Virus record (IMG/VR): IMGVR_UViG_3300001782_000005
Coordinates: 213,132 to 277,131 of that record
Direction: 5' to 3' (one strand)
DNA: 64,000 nt
This document shows, piece by piece, positions 8,841-18,842 of the stretch. A program made the translations under genes and the position numbers. Numbering within the stretch: the first letter of the stretch is position 1; each line of letters begins with the position of its first letter. The notes under the pieces are model-generated. The model did no database searches. It was not told where the DNA came from and worked only from the letters and a program-made list of their open reading frames with translations.

Positions 8841-8856
8841 AGAACAAAATATAAAT
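8841..8856 (+). promoter_or_regulatory. Putative phage late promoter RGAACAWA-N4-AAAT (representative copy)
   Basis: Copies at 1647, 8841, 9592, 15421, 15474, 29851, 38093 and 49820, mostly 35-70 nt upstream of plus-strand genes. Confidence 0.6.
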
Positions 8857-8882
8857 GCTCAAATCGAGAAAGGAGAAACTCA

Positions 8883-9587
8883 ATGAAATATCCCGAATTT
8901 AGCGAGAAGGGTGAAGTAATTTGTCAAGAGTGTGGAGGAGCCTACAAAGTATTAACTGGATCCCACACTCGGAGAAAACACAACATGTCTATTGATGAAT
9001 ATAAGGCGAAATATCCTGATGCACCAACTTCTGGAAAGATGTTCTCCTTAACAATGTCACAGGTACAATCTAAACCTGAGATTTTCAAAGAGAAACCTGT
9101 TGAAGTTGATTTAAACCAAACCGGTGAAGACGACGTAATTACTGACGACGAAGTATTAGATGATGAGCATGCCCCGACAATTGAAGAAATTCAAGAAAAA
9201 CTTCAAGATACAGATCTAAGCGATCTCTTCCAAAGTGATGAAGTTAAGGATCCTGAACCATATAATGTTGAGGATGAAGATGTTCGAAGTCCAAGAGATA
9301 AAATTCAAATTCTCAAATTTTTGAGACAGAAGTATCCCTTTATTCAGAACAACTATCTGATAAAGAAATTCCTCATGACAAATCATCTTGAATATGAATT
9401 TATCACAGATATGGCTGACCCTATAAATAAGATCGACTTTGAATTCCCAAATGCCTTTTGGCACAACAGGATGGCCTTTGAAGATCCTCGTAGAAATGAA
9501 AAATTGAAACGAGATGGTTGGAAGATTATCACTGTCAACTCAAGGGTTCCAAAGGTTAGTGAGGTTCAGAAACTAATTTCCAAATAA
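8883..9587 (+). CDS. Zinc-finger protein with a C-terminal Vsr/DUF559-like PD-(D/E)xK fold
   Basis: N-terminal CQEC...H...H finger, acidic linker, then [14 protein letters not shown]...[15 protein letters not shown]. Confidence 0.55.
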   Translation: MKYPEFSEKGEVICQECGGAYKVLTGSHTRRKHNMSIDEYKAKYPDAPTSGKMFSLTMSQVQSKPEIFKEKPVEVDLNQTGEDDVITDDEVLDDEHAPTIEEIQEKLQDTDLSDLFQSDEVKDPEPYNVEDEDVRSPRDKIQILKFLRQKYPFIQNNYLIKKFLMTNHLEYEFITDMADPINKIDFEFPNAFWHNRMAFEDPRRNEKLKRDGWKIITVNSRVPKVSEVQKLISK

Positions 9588-9667
9588 GTGTAGAACAAAT
9601 AACAAATTACTATCTCACTTAACGAGAAGAATTTACCACTCAGTTACGGGGTGATGCTAAAAGGGCG

Positions 9668-10243
9668 TCACCCCAATTTTTTCGTTATCACGTTGTTAGC
9701 TTTAGTATGTTTTAATTTCTTATGACTCTCAATGGCAGAGTCTATACATGCCTCTTTTGTTTCCTTATCTATAAGTTCAAGAACCTCTGTTTCCTTCAAT
9801 ATGAGTTCATCCGAATTAGAAGCTGTATTTACAGAATAAACCATTGAGAGGTTCTGAATCGTTATATACCTTGCTACCTCAGGATCTTGTTCTACTTCCC
9901 TGCAATAAATGTATGCCCAGTAAGAGTCCGTTATATACTTTCTTACCTCTGGGCGATTTTCGATCTCTTTACAATAATAGTATGCATCCTCTGGTTCGGT
10001 TATATATTTTCGTATGGTTGGATAATCCACACAGAACCTACAATAGAAATAGGCATATTCGGAGGCAGTTATTCGACGCCTGATTCTAATATCATCTTTA
10101 ACCCACCTACAGTATTCATATGCCCACTTTGGAGATGTAATTAAATTAGCGACTTCAAATAGGTTCTTTACATCTCTGCAATATTCATATGCCCACTTAG
10201 AAATCTGTTCTTCTTCTAACCAAAGGTTCATAATGTCGTCCAT
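9668..10243 (-). CDS. Tandem ~23-aa helical repeat protein
   Basis: Five repeats of (W/Y)AYxYCxxV/IxxxxxxRxxIT. Confidence 0.7.
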   Translation of the reverse strand: MDDIMNLWLEEEQISKWAYEYCRDVKNLFEVANLITSPKWAYEYCRWVKDDIRIRRRITASEYAYFYCRFCVDYPTIRKYITEPEDAYYYCKEIENRPEVRKYITDSYWAYIYCREVEQDPEVARYITIQNLSMVYSVNTASNSDELILKETEVLELIDKETKEACIDSAIESHKKLKHTKANNVITKKLG

Positions 10244-10317
10244 AAAAAAAATTAAAGTTGCCCTACTGACGAGCAGAGAAGACTCGTCAGTAGGGGTTAA
10301 TTGTCATATGAAGCTGG

Positions 10318-11100
10318 TTACTCCGCTAAAGGCTTCAGAGCAAACATTTGAATCCAGGGTTTACTCCTATATCCAGCCTCACCGCCGGAGAATCCGAAAC
10401 CACCGGAACCAACACCACCACTGTTCTGATTGTTTTTGGCAGTCTCAATCCATGCCTGAGTGTAGCTAAAACCAACGCCCCACCCGAAGGCCTTGATTAC
10501 ACGAGAATAACCTTCTGCAGTCAGAAACAACGTTTTGGCTCCCATGTCTAGAGCGGAAAGAGCAGCAGCCGCCAATACCTCCATTGAGGTTGAGTCTACA
10601 TTCTTGCTTGATACATAAATAAGACCAACCTGCTGAACGGGGTATGAAGGTCGCTTAATTATAATCTCAATGGTATCCTCAGCAGCTTTCTCGTCCTTCT
10701 TCTTTATAGGAACTAAGGATTTCGCATTGATCTTGATCCTACCGCCTGCCATGGCCTCCAGTTCAGCACGAGTCCACACCTTCTTGAAGAGCAACATAAC
10801 GCCTGCTTTCTGGAAGTTGTAGTCCTCTGTGGGCTGACCGAAGTACTGTGGATATCCGGGGTAATTAACATCGCCCGGTACCGGGAAGCTTCTGGGAATC
10901 TCCGAACCATACGTAGTGATGGTTGCACTAGGACTCCCACCTATCTGAAGTTGCGACTGCTCATTGTTGCTAAGGTTCTGGTTATCAACTTCATTAGCGT
11001 TGGAGTTGTCACCATTTGCAATAGCATCAGCGAAAACAGCAGGCGCACTCAGCACCAAGCAGGAAAGTAGTGCGACCAGAATGAATAGCTTACGCCTCAT
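10318..11100 (-). CDS. Secreted protein with signal peptide (real start MRRKLF at 11100)
   Basis: RBS GAAAGGAGG before 11100; signal peptide ending VFA-D; N/Q-rich N-terminus and Gly-rich C-terminus. Confidence 0.7.
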   Translation of the reverse strand: MRRKLFILVALLSCLVLSAPAVFADAIANGDNSNANEVDNQNLSNNEQSQLQIGGSPSATITTYGSEIPRSFPVPGDVNYPGYPQYFGQPTEDYNFQKAGVMLLFKKVWTRAELEAMAGGRIKINAKSLVPIKKKDEKAAEDTIEIIIKRPSYPVQQVGLIYVSSKNVDSTSMEVLAAAALSALDMGAKTLFLTAEGYSRVIKAFGWGVGFSYTQAWIETAKNNQNSGGVGSGGFGFSGGEAGYRSKPWIQMFALKPLAE

Positions 11101-11122
11101 AGGGTCTTTCCTCCTTTCCTGC

Positions 11123-11989
11123 TTAGAGACCGCCGAGTCCCTCATTATAGGTGATGGACCCGTCCAATACCGGGACCGATCCTGCGCTGTTGATGGTGAG
11201 TTTGGTATATGACTGAGATGCCTGTTGCTGGACTCCAGAAGCTCCAACAAGGACACCTTCGCCATCAAACACTGGCCGCTGTACCTGCTCTTGTATGAAC
11301 ACATTGTTCGCTTCAAGATCAAGATCAGCATCACCAACCATGCTTACTGCAGCGCCGACACATGACTCATGACCACCACTCTGCTGCATGGCCAAGAGAA
11401 CAACATTTTCCATCAACAGTTCGCCAGCTATTCCATAAGTTGGCATCCAGTCAATGTCAATGTCTATGTCAGTGTCAGAATCGAAGTCAGCCTCGACCTC
11501 GGTTTCTGATTCTGCTTCTGCTTCAGAATCGGACATAGCAAGGGCACCAGCGCCAGCAACGGCTCCTGAACCGCTCAGGGCACCAGCACCAGCTATTTCA
11601 ATAGCTTCGCCCTCTCCGCTAGTATTTGCATTAGCGGTTGCATCACTGTCTCCAGTAGCGTTTGCATTTGCATCCGCATCCGAATCAGAAGTTGCGGTAG
11701 AGTCTGCAGTGGCATCGCTGCTAGCACTGTAACTCTCGTCGATGTTGATGTCTACAATCAACTGATCATTGAACACAGGATTCCAGCTGAGACTGAGACT
11801 CTCAATTGAGAGATCAATCATGGACTGTTCGGCACAACAGGTTTCATGGTTGTTCCAAACAATACCATCAACTCCACTGGGTTGACCAATTGTCAGAGAT
11901 GCATCGAGATCCTTGGGCGGATCAGCGAGAGACGGTACCGCAAAGGAGACCAGTGCAACAGCCAACAGTATAGCTAAGACTTTCTTCAT
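11123..11989 (-). CDS. Secreted acidic Ala/Ser/Asp repeat protein
   Basis: Signal peptide (SLA-D); repeats such as SDATADSTATSDSDADANANATGDSDATANAN. Confidence 0.75.
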   Translation of the reverse strand: MKKVLAILLAVALVSFAVPSLADPPKDLDASLTIGQPSGVDGIVWNNHETCCAEQSMIDLSIESLSLSWNPVFNDQLIVDINIDESYSASSDATADSTATSDSDADANANATGDSDATANANTSGEGEAIEIAGAGALSGSGAVAGAGALAMSDSEAEAESETEVEADFDSDTDIDIDIDWMPTYGIAGELLMENVVLLAMQQSGGHESCVGAAVSMVGDADLDLEANNVFIQEQVQRPVFDGEGVLVGASGVQQQASQSYTKLTINSAGSVPVLDGSITYNEGLGGL

Positions 11990-12019
11990 GTCTTTTGCCT
12001 CCTTAATGTTTATGTAGGG

Positions 12020-12472
12020 TTAGTTAGTTGACGTTGATACAACTGAACTGGTGGATGTTTGTGTACTAGTTCCCGTTTGAACTCCGATATATCCGTTAGC
12101 TGCAAGACCAACTTGATTCTGCACATTGGTCTGATAAGCGTTAGCACCACCGGATGTAAACACACGAGTCTTATCTGTACAGTTGAGATCAGTTGTTGAT
12201 TGGATTACCTGAATGACTTCCTGATCGGAAATCTGACTCATTTCTGCATCAGCGGGCATGGCCCAATACTTAGCATCATAATCCAAACCGACATCTTCAG
12301 CTGTTACCGTAAGACCCTGAGCACGATTTTCAAGACGTGTGCTCTGATCGTACTCTTGATATATGACCTGCTTAGCATCCGTATTGGCATTGGTGGCACC
12401 ATCGTCCGCATAGACGGAACTAGTGAGTACGAAGACCAACACGAGAACTAGAAAGACTATTGTCTTCCTCAT
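12020..12472 (-). CDS. Secreted Gln/Thr-rich protein
   Basis: Signal peptide (VYA-D); RBS AAAGGAG. Confidence 0.75.
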   Translation of the reverse strand: MRKTIVFLVLVLVFVLTSSVYADDGATNANTDAKQVIYQEYDQSTRLENRAQGLTVTAEDVGLDYDAKYWAMPADAEMSQISDQEVIQVIQSTTDLNCTDKTRVFTSGGANAYQTNVQNQVGLAANGYIGVQTGTSTQTSTSSVVSTSTN

Positions 12473-12504
12473 GTGGTCACTCCTTTCTCAGTGATCGGAG
12501 GTTC

Positions 12505-13491
12505 TTATCGAGGGACGTTACATTCTAACACACCAGCTGCAGTGAAACTGCTAACTGACCCTGCTTGGTAACCGCCTTGAACCTGGCCAGCCACAACACC
12601 GTCTCCAGCCCAACTAAGGGTGGTACCACGGTGAGTTTCGAAAGAGCAGTTTTCAGCATAGGATCCGCTCATGGCCAAGGTTTCTGACTTAGTCTTGGTC
12701 TCATCCTTGGTCTCGGTCACACTCTTGTCCCAGCTCTCTGACTTATCTTTGGTCTCAGTTACACTTTTATCCCAAGATTCAGATGAGCTACCGGAACCTG
12801 AGAGATCGCCGGAGAAGGTGTGAGTATCTGTCTCGGTGACTGACTCTGACTTATTATAGTCACAGTCAGGGCAGTCAGAGTCTTCCTGAGTGTCGTTGTC
12901 AGTGAATGTCCCAGTTGAGGTTTCTGTCACAGTTTCCTCATCCGTACACTCTGCATTCGCAGCGATTTCAAATGAACCCTCACTGGAGGAGTCCTCATCG
13001 ACTACTTTGGTCTCAGTCTTTGACTCGACGTAATCTTCATCGACAACCTTGGTCTTTTCCTTGGACTCGGTCTTCGTTTCATCATACTGCTTGTCGAACG
13101 ACCAAGTACCATCTTTGGAACTTTCCATGGTGAAGTATTTGTCAATGTTGATTGAACCCTCACCCAAAGTGGCAAGTTGACCTTGACCATCAAACTGCAT
13201 GGCCTCACCCTGAGCGCTCTGCATGGTGAAACCACCCACAACAGCATCTTCACAGTCTTCACAGTCGATGGTTGCGGAGGTATCAGCCTCAAGCAGCATC
13301 TCTTTCTTGGATGATTGGAGCATTTCTCCACCGATAGTATCTCCACCCTCATTCTGAATGGCCTGGGCACCCTGGAATTGCTCATCAGTCATGCCCTGGT
13401 AGAGTTCGGCCGAACCACTGATATCTGCCAGCGCCGGGCCGGCAAAAATCAGCAGAACGATGGAAAGTAATACAATAACTTTCGTCTTCAT
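12505..13491 (-). CDS. Secreted acidic Ser/Thr/Glu repeat protein
   Basis: Signal peptide (ALA-D); 14-aa repeats SESWDKSVTETKD(K/E) and KTETKVVDED. Confidence 0.75.
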   Translation of the reverse strand: MKTKVIVLLSIVLLIFAGPALADISGSAELYQGMTDEQFQGAQAIQNEGGDTIGGEMLQSSKKEMLLEADTSATIDCEDCEDAVVGGFTMQSAQGEAMQFDGQGQLATLGEGSINIDKYFTMESSKDGTWSFDKQYDETKTESKEKTKVVDEDYVESKTETKVVDEDSSSEGSFEIAANAECTDEETVTETSTGTFTDNDTQEDSDCPDCDYNKSESVTETDTHTFSGDLSGSGSSSESWDKSVTETKDKSESWDKSVTETKDETKTKSETLAMSGSYAENCSFETHRGTTLSWAGDGVVAGQVQGGYQAGSVSSFTAAGVLECNVPR

Positions 13492-13604
13492 GTCTTTGTT
13501 CCTCCTTTCAAAGGGGAATTTAATTAGTTTGAAAAGTAAATACCTCTACCTCTAAAACCTACTTATGACCACCCCCTTCCATGTTTAGATTTGATCGCTG
13601 TTGA

Positions 13605-14147
13605 TCATTGAGAGAAGGATTGTTCCTTCTTGGGTTGTCTTACTTTATAATATGCATCACCAATAGCAACTAAAGGAAGCCCTTGGTTATCATAAAGGAT
13701 GGCTCTCAATTTTACAGTAGAACCAGGATCAACAGGACCATAGATGGTGACATAATTATTAAGTTTGCTAGTGGGTCCACTAACATACTCAACCTTCCTG
13801 GTGCGCCCCTTAAAGGGTTTAGACACGTCTAGCCACGATTGAACTTTATACTCAATGTTTTTCGGATTTTTGATCCAGGCATTGAGTGTTACGCCCTTGA
13901 CATTCTCAGGAAGATACATTTTTTCGTTGACCTTGAAATAGATTGGATATGGTTCTAACTCCTCTCCTCCAAGATCTTTCATTATCCACCCTGCAGCATA
14001 ATACTGAACCCTTATATCTACCTCTGGATCCGGGACCCTTAGATATTCTTGCTCATTACTCATAGGGTATCCGTCGACCAAAACAGTCATATTTGGCGCA
14101 CAGGAGACAGCAACAAAAATAAGTAACACATACATCTTACGCCACAT
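13605..14147 (-). CDS. Putative lipoprotein
   Basis: Lipobox-like FVAVS-C after a short signal. Confidence 0.6.
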   Translation of the reverse strand: MWRKMYVLLIFVAVSCAPNMTVLVDGYPMSNEQEYLRVPDPEVDIRVQYYAAGWIMKDLGGEELEPYPIYFKVNEKMYLPENVKGVTLNAWIKNPKNIEYKVQSWLDVSKPFKGRTRKVEYVSGPTSKLNNYVTIYGPVDPGSTVKLRAILYDNQGLPLVAIGDAYYKVRQPKKEQSFSQ

Positions 14148-14171
14148 AGGCGTCCTCCTTCCATTTTTTTG

Positions 14172-14801
14172 CTATCTCGGTTGTACTTCGTTTCTTGGAC
14201 TACCCGTTGATGGTGAGGATGCATAAGAACCGTTGCTGCCCTGGTTTGGTTGAGATGAACTATTTACAGATTGACCATTAGATGGTCCACTACCCGGGTA
14301 ACCTTTTGGGCAACCTGGACATACTACTTGTACTTGTGGGCAACAGGTAGTATGGCGTTCAAGCCAAATTTTGGTTATTCCTCCAACCTCTTGATGATCG
14401 GTTTTGGGATATTGAAGAGAAAACAGTTCATCCCTTGATTCTTCAACCTCGTCGTCATCTTCGGATTTTGGTTGATCTATGCATCTCGCTCGCATTGCTT
14501 GATCATATTGAGAGAGTGCAACCCCAGCCTTTTCTTTCTTGTCAATCGCTGCGAAGACTTGATCGCAGGTTGGAGTATTGTCAACGACAATCTTAGTGTC
14601 GATATCCGGGTCTTTGGTGTCATATTTGCCTGGTGGCAAACTTATGTTCTCGCCCGGATTGTCCATGGTAGGACTGTCTGCTTTCAATGGCAACTCAATC
14701 AACTCTATACCTGGGTCATGTACATTGTCTTCGGCTAAGGTAAAAGTTGATATTAATGCAATTGAAAGAATGATAAAAAATACTAGTAAGATTCTCCTCA
14801 T
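14172..14801 (-). CDS. Secreted protein
   Basis: Signal peptide (TLA-E); Cys cluster and Ser/Gly/Pro-rich tail. Confidence 0.7.
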   Translation of the reverse strand: MRRILLVFFIILSIALISTFTLAEDNVHDPGIELIELPLKADSPTMDNPGENISLPPGKYDTKDPDIDTKIVVDNTPTCDQVFAAIDKKEKAGVALSQYDQAMRARCIDQPKSEDDDEVEESRDELFSLQYPKTDHQEVGGITKIWLERHTTCCPQVQVVCPGCPKGYPGSGPSNGQSVNSSSQPNQGSNGSYASSPSTGSPRNEVQPR

Positions 14802-14916
14802 ACACTACCTCCTTTCATTTGTGGAAAAACTATATAAAAAATTGGGTGGGGTAACTCCAATGGCGCGGTGCCGGAATTAATGGTTATGAATCGGGGAGCC
14901 CCCACCAATTTTTTCG

Positions 14917-15108
14917 CTACTTACAAGCGTCTTTTACAGCCTGGTTGATGATGTCTGTTGGTGTCATAAAAGACATCGTTGTGATAGGTTTCTCGATACC
15001 TGGGCTGTAGAACTCAATACATTCCCTTTCAAAATTTACTTTGATTAAATCATTTGATTTAATCATCTCAATGATCTCAGGATCAAGATCTTGAATGTAT
15101 GGTGACAT
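14917..15108 (-). CDS. Small hypothetical protein
   Basis: RBS AGAGGT; promoter-like motif upstream. Confidence 0.55.
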   Translation of the reverse strand: MSPYIQDLDPEIIEMIKSNDLIKVNFERECIEFYSPGIEKPITTMSFMTPTDIINQAVKDACK

Positions 15109-15246
15109 CGTATAACCTCTCTTTTTACGGTTTTTAAAGAAAACATCAACCCTGGTCTAATTATTAGTAATTAATATATATAAGGATTAATTTAATAATA
15201 AAAAGAGAAGGTAGGCGAAGAGAGTAAAAACTAGTCCCTCTTCGCC

Positions 15247-15385
15247 TTTAGTTTGTGTGGAACTCTGGAGGCCACGACTCCCCCGCCGAATGCCCATTAT
15301 GGCGGGCGCACCACTTCCCAGCGGCAGGTTCCTCCCACCGATTATGTGCATCCTACTGCACCACCTCCAGAGACACTAAAAAAAC
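15247..15385 (-). ncRNA. Candidate structured small RNA
   Basis: GC-rich; closing stem CTCTGGAGG/CCTCCAGAG; internal hairpins CCCGCC/GGCGGG and GTGCA/TGCAC; promoter-like motif at ~15410 and terminator hairpin at 15213-15247 on the minus strand. Confidence 0.5.
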
Positions 15386-15408
15386 GAAACAAACCCACTA
15401 CTCTAGAA

Positions 15409-15422
15409 ATTAATATATATAG
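15409..15422 (-). promoter_or_regulatory. Putative promoter motif CTATATATAT(TA) on the minus strand (representative copy)
   Basis: Copies at ~4911, ~15172, ~15411, ~41877 and ~42228, mostly upstream of minus-strand transcription units. Confidence 0.45.
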
Positions 15423-15528
15423 AACATATACTAAATACAAAAAATTAGATTATGCTGACAATAGATATTAATTAGAACAAATTTTAAAACCACAATAGAC
15501 TTTATCCTAAGAGGGGAGATTAGGTAAG

Positions 15529-16776
15529 ATGGGTAATCCGACTCCAAGTCAAGAGAGAATAGTTGACCCTTATGCATCTTATCATAGCAATGTTGTAAAC
15601 AGACTAACCCGGATGATAACTACCGGACTCAATTGTTTATTTGGTACACATTCAATTGAAGTCACACAATTATCAACCACGGAAGTCGAATGCTCAGAGG
15701 GTCAATGTTTTAAGGATGACGTACTGATTCAAACGACTGCTACCCTAACAGTTGATTTTGAAGATGAGGATTTTTATGTTGATCCATCTGGAGGGTGGTG
15801 GAACGAAATAGGATATTACTATGTTGTCCTTGATTATGTTTATACAAAATCTAGACCCGCCCCAGAAGCTACCATCAAAATTATCCTACCAAGTCAAACT
15901 GCAACATTATTTAATTCTGATAGATATTTATTTCTAAAAGCAGTTGAAGTATCATGGAGCGGATCCGCATTTGAAATTGATGATGTGTGGGATTTTGACC
16001 CAGCAACTCCAACAAATAGACGAGTCTATGCTCCTCTCTTTGCAGGTGTTCAAGATACAGTTCCGGCATTTGATCAGGATGAACATGAGGCTAGAATTAT
16101 CTACGTAAGGTCGACTGACAGATTATATTGGGGCACGTCTGCTCGTTGGGAAACATTTAATGCAATTAGAGATAATATTGATACAATTGGAATGACTGTT
16201 GGTCAATTAGGTTATGTTGATGCAGGTGGTGCTATGCAACCTGCTATTGCCGATTCTATTGACCATCAAGCAGACGCAGTTATTATTCAAGTTGGTTATG
16301 AGGCCGATGGCAGCGGTAAAGTTAGAATGGCCGGTCGTGCTGATGACGTACCAGTTGAAACTGGAGTTACAGTTGCTATTGGTGATACTCTTTATTTATC
16401 TACAACCGAAGCAGGTACAGTCACAAATGTTGTACCGCCTGCTTTTCGCCAGACAGTTGGAACAGCAATAAGTGCAGCAACAGGTCCAAGTACAATTAGT
16501 ATATGGTTTTTCCCTGGTAATATGTATTTCGTTGCTGGTGCAAGTATTGTTAGAGATAACATTACTGCACCAGGTGATTGGACCCTAAGCGCTGGGAATT
16601 ATTATTATGATGTTGATATTTCTTCCCTTGGAGGTCTACAGGTAACTAGTGCATTTTTTGATGGGGTTGACAAAATCTATCCCATGCATGAAGAACTCAT
16701 CACTGTCCCGCCTTATAAACTCAGAGTATGGATGCCAGTGAATACCGTATCTCTCGACGCTATCATAATAGGTTAA
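15529..16776 (+). CDS. Virion structural protein
   Basis: First gene of the structural cluster; beta-rich; GDTLYLSTTEAG segment typical of virion decoration proteins. Confidence 0.6.
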   Translation: MGNPTPSQERIVDPYASYHSNVVNRLTRMITTGLNCLFGTHSIEVTQLSTTEVECSEGQCFKDDVLIQTTATLTVDFEDEDFYVDPSGGWWNEIGYYYVVLDYVYTKSRPAPEATIKIILPSQTATLFNSDRYLFLKAVEVSWSGSAFEIDDVWDFDPATPTNRRVYAPLFAGVQDTVPAFDQDEHEARIIYVRSTDRLYWGTSARWETFNAIRDNIDTIGMTVGQLGYVDAGGAMQPAIADSIDHQADAVIIQVGYEADGSGKVRMAGRADDVPVETGVTVAIGDTLYLSTTEAGTVTNVVPPAFRQTVGTAISAATGPSTISIWFFPGNMYFVAGASIVRDNITAPGDWTLSAGNYYYDVDISSLGGLQVTSAFFDGVDKIYPMHEELITVPPYKLRVWMPVNTVSLDAIIIG

Positions 16777-16789
16777 CGGAGGATTCTAA

Positions 16790-17992
16790 ATGAGTAAAAA
16801 TTATGGAACCCAGATGGAAGGTCCGTTTATTGGACAACGAGTACCAACTCTTCCAGTATGGACTCCAGCAGATGAAGGAAGAGAAATCTATACAGAAGAT
16901 ACTAGATTAAGATACTACGGTACTGATACAGGTTGGAGAGAGTACGGTGCAGGTGGAGGCGGCGGTTCTGAGTTTGATATGTACGCCGATATGCTTGGTC
17001 GGTCGATATATCTTAATTGTGGTTGGGATGGGTTTCTTGATGAATCATTTGTTGACCTTTTAAACTCTACAATGACATATGATGCCACAGACAATAAGTA
17101 TACTTTTACTCCTGGTCAAGTATTACAGAGTTTAAATTTCTATGATCCTTTACTAGGAATAACAATAACAGAATGTATGGTTTATATTGATTATGACGAC
17201 ACAGTATCTCCTACAATAGAAGTTACAGCAGATGGTGGAGCAAATTGGGAAACTACTGCTAATGGAGGAGTTCATATATTTTCAAACACTGGAACAGATC
17301 TAAGAATGCGAATTACTGGGGGCGGAAATGGAGAGGTTAGGAGTTGGGGTGTATTCTATAATCCAGACCCAACAGCAAACCAATTACTTAATGTAGTCCC
17401 CTCTGGTACAGTTACGATGTTTGCTGGAATCGCCGCTCCTCCTGGTTGGTTATTATGTGATGGCAGTCCATATCTTGTAGCAGATTATCCGGAGCTACAC
17501 TCAGCCATAGGTTATATTTGGGGTGGGGCGGGAGCAACCTTTAATGTACCCGATCTTCGCCAAAGAGGTCCATATGGTCCTGGTGGTGGTCGAGCTGTAG
17601 GTGATACAGGCGGCAGCGAAACAAAAGATGTATCACATACTCATTCCTTCGATGATGGTGGTCATACACACACAATTGCGAGTGACGGCGATCATACACA
17701 TGACGTTACTGTTTACGCAAGTGATAAAACTGGAGTTATTGTTCCTCATAAACCTGAGCCTCTAACAGTATTTCAGGATAGTATTAGCGTTGATCAAGAT
17801 TGGGCTGGTTTGTCAAAACCTGGTGTTTTTTCTGGAGTAGGAAAGATTGAAACAAGCGACGTAGACGGTGATCATGATCACGGCGGATCAACAGGATCAG
17901 CAAATGCTTCTGGAACAACCGATTCAGGTGGATCTGCAAGTCAAGATGTCTTAAACCCGATTGCAGTTGTTAATTTTATTATTAAGTTCTAA
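16790..17992 (+). CDS. Tail fibre protein with phage tail-collar domain
   Basis: PSGTVTMFAG..APPGWLLCDGS...YPELHSAIG...FNVPDLR; HTH/HDH His repeats; terminal VNFIIK. Confidence 0.85.
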   Translation: MSKNYGTQMEGPFIGQRVPTLPVWTPADEGREIYTEDTRLRYYGTDTGWREYGAGGGGGSEFDMYADMLGRSIYLNCGWDGFLDESFVDLLNSTMTYDATDNKYTFTPGQVLQSLNFYDPLLGITITECMVYIDYDDTVSPTIEVTADGGANWETTANGGVHIFSNTGTDLRMRITGGGNGEVRSWGVFYNPDPTANQLLNVVPSGTVTMFAGIAAPPGWLLCDGSPYLVADYPELHSAIGYIWGGAGATFNVPDLRQRGPYGPGGGRAVGDTGGSETKDVSHTHSFDDGGHTHTIASDGDHTHDVTVYASDKTGVIVPHKPEPLTVFQDSISVDQDWAGLSKPGVFSGVGKIETSDVDGDHDHGGSTGSANASGTTDSGGSASQDVLNPIAVVNFIIKF

Positions 17993-18010
17993 TATGAGGG
18001 AGTATACCAA

Positions 18011-18832
18011 ATGTCAATTGTCAAAGAAACGTCTAGTGGAGAGCACTATTTAGAGAAAATTACGACGGAAGGAGATGCACCTTATATCTCTGGTCTTCAA
18101 TTGTATCAGAGAAATGTAGGTTCTGATGGAGCATCTGGTAATACTGTCTTTACTCTCACTAAACCTTATTCTCCAGGATCAAATACTCTTTTTGTCTATT
18201 TAAATGGTCAGAAATGTACTTTGGAAGCAGCTCCAAGTCTTCCAAATGAGTATGAAGAAACTGATCCAGTTACAGTTACATTTGGTGCTTCCCTTCTTGC
18301 AAGTGACATTATTGAGTTTATTGTAGTTGGTGCTTATGTACTTGACGAAACTGAGGCAGAAAATATTCTTGGTATTGTAACAGGAACTAAAATGTATTTT
18401 TATCAGGCTGCTGCTCCAACTGGTTGGACAATTGACGCTACCCTTGGAGATGCAGTATTGGCAGTTCATGGTTCTTCAAGTTATGCTGGTTCAGGTAGTG
18501 GTGGAGTGCAAGCAGGCACATGGACCCAACCGAATCATAACCATTCAATCACTGGTGAATCTGACCATACTCACGATGTTACAATCTATGCAAGTGATAA
18601 AACTGGAACTATTGTCACTCATAAAGCAGAATCAGTAACAGCTATTATAACTGACGCGGTTGATGTTGCTTGGATCTCTACCTCAGGTCCAGCTAGTTAT
18701 ACTGGAGCAGGTAAAATTGAAACGAGTGAGGCGGAAGGTGCACATGATCATGGTGGAGTAACAGGAAATGCAGCAACAACAAGTACCTGGCGCCCATTTG
18801 CTAATGTAGGTATTATAGCAACCAGAAATTAG
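18011..18832 (+). CDS. Tail-fibre-like protein
   Basis: GTKMYFYQAAAPTGWT collar-like segment and His-x-His motifs shared with neighbours. Confidence 0.7.
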   Translation: MSIVKETSSGEHYLEKITTEGDAPYISGLQLYQRNVGSDGASGNTVFTLTKPYSPGSNTLFVYLNGQKCTLEAAPSLPNEYEETDPVTVTFGASLLASDIIEFIVVGAYVLDETEAENILGIVTGTKMYFYQAAAPTGWTIDATLGDAVLAVHGSSSYAGSGSGGVQAGTWTQPNHNHSITGESDHTHDVTIYASDKTGTIVTHKAESVTAIITDAVDVAWISTSGPASYTGAGKIETSEAEGAHDHGGVTGNAATTSTWRPFANVGIIATRN

Positions 18833-18842
18833 GAGAATCTAG

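Noticed and set aside
11101-11337. N-terminal extension of the 339-aa track ORF
   Set aside because: It overlaps the upstream gene; the RBS and signal peptide place the start at 11100.
15253-15471. 72-aa plus-strand ORF, or a cobalamin riboswitch
   Set aside because: TTG start with no RBS over a structured region; only a fragmentary GGGAAG resemblance without the riboswitch core.
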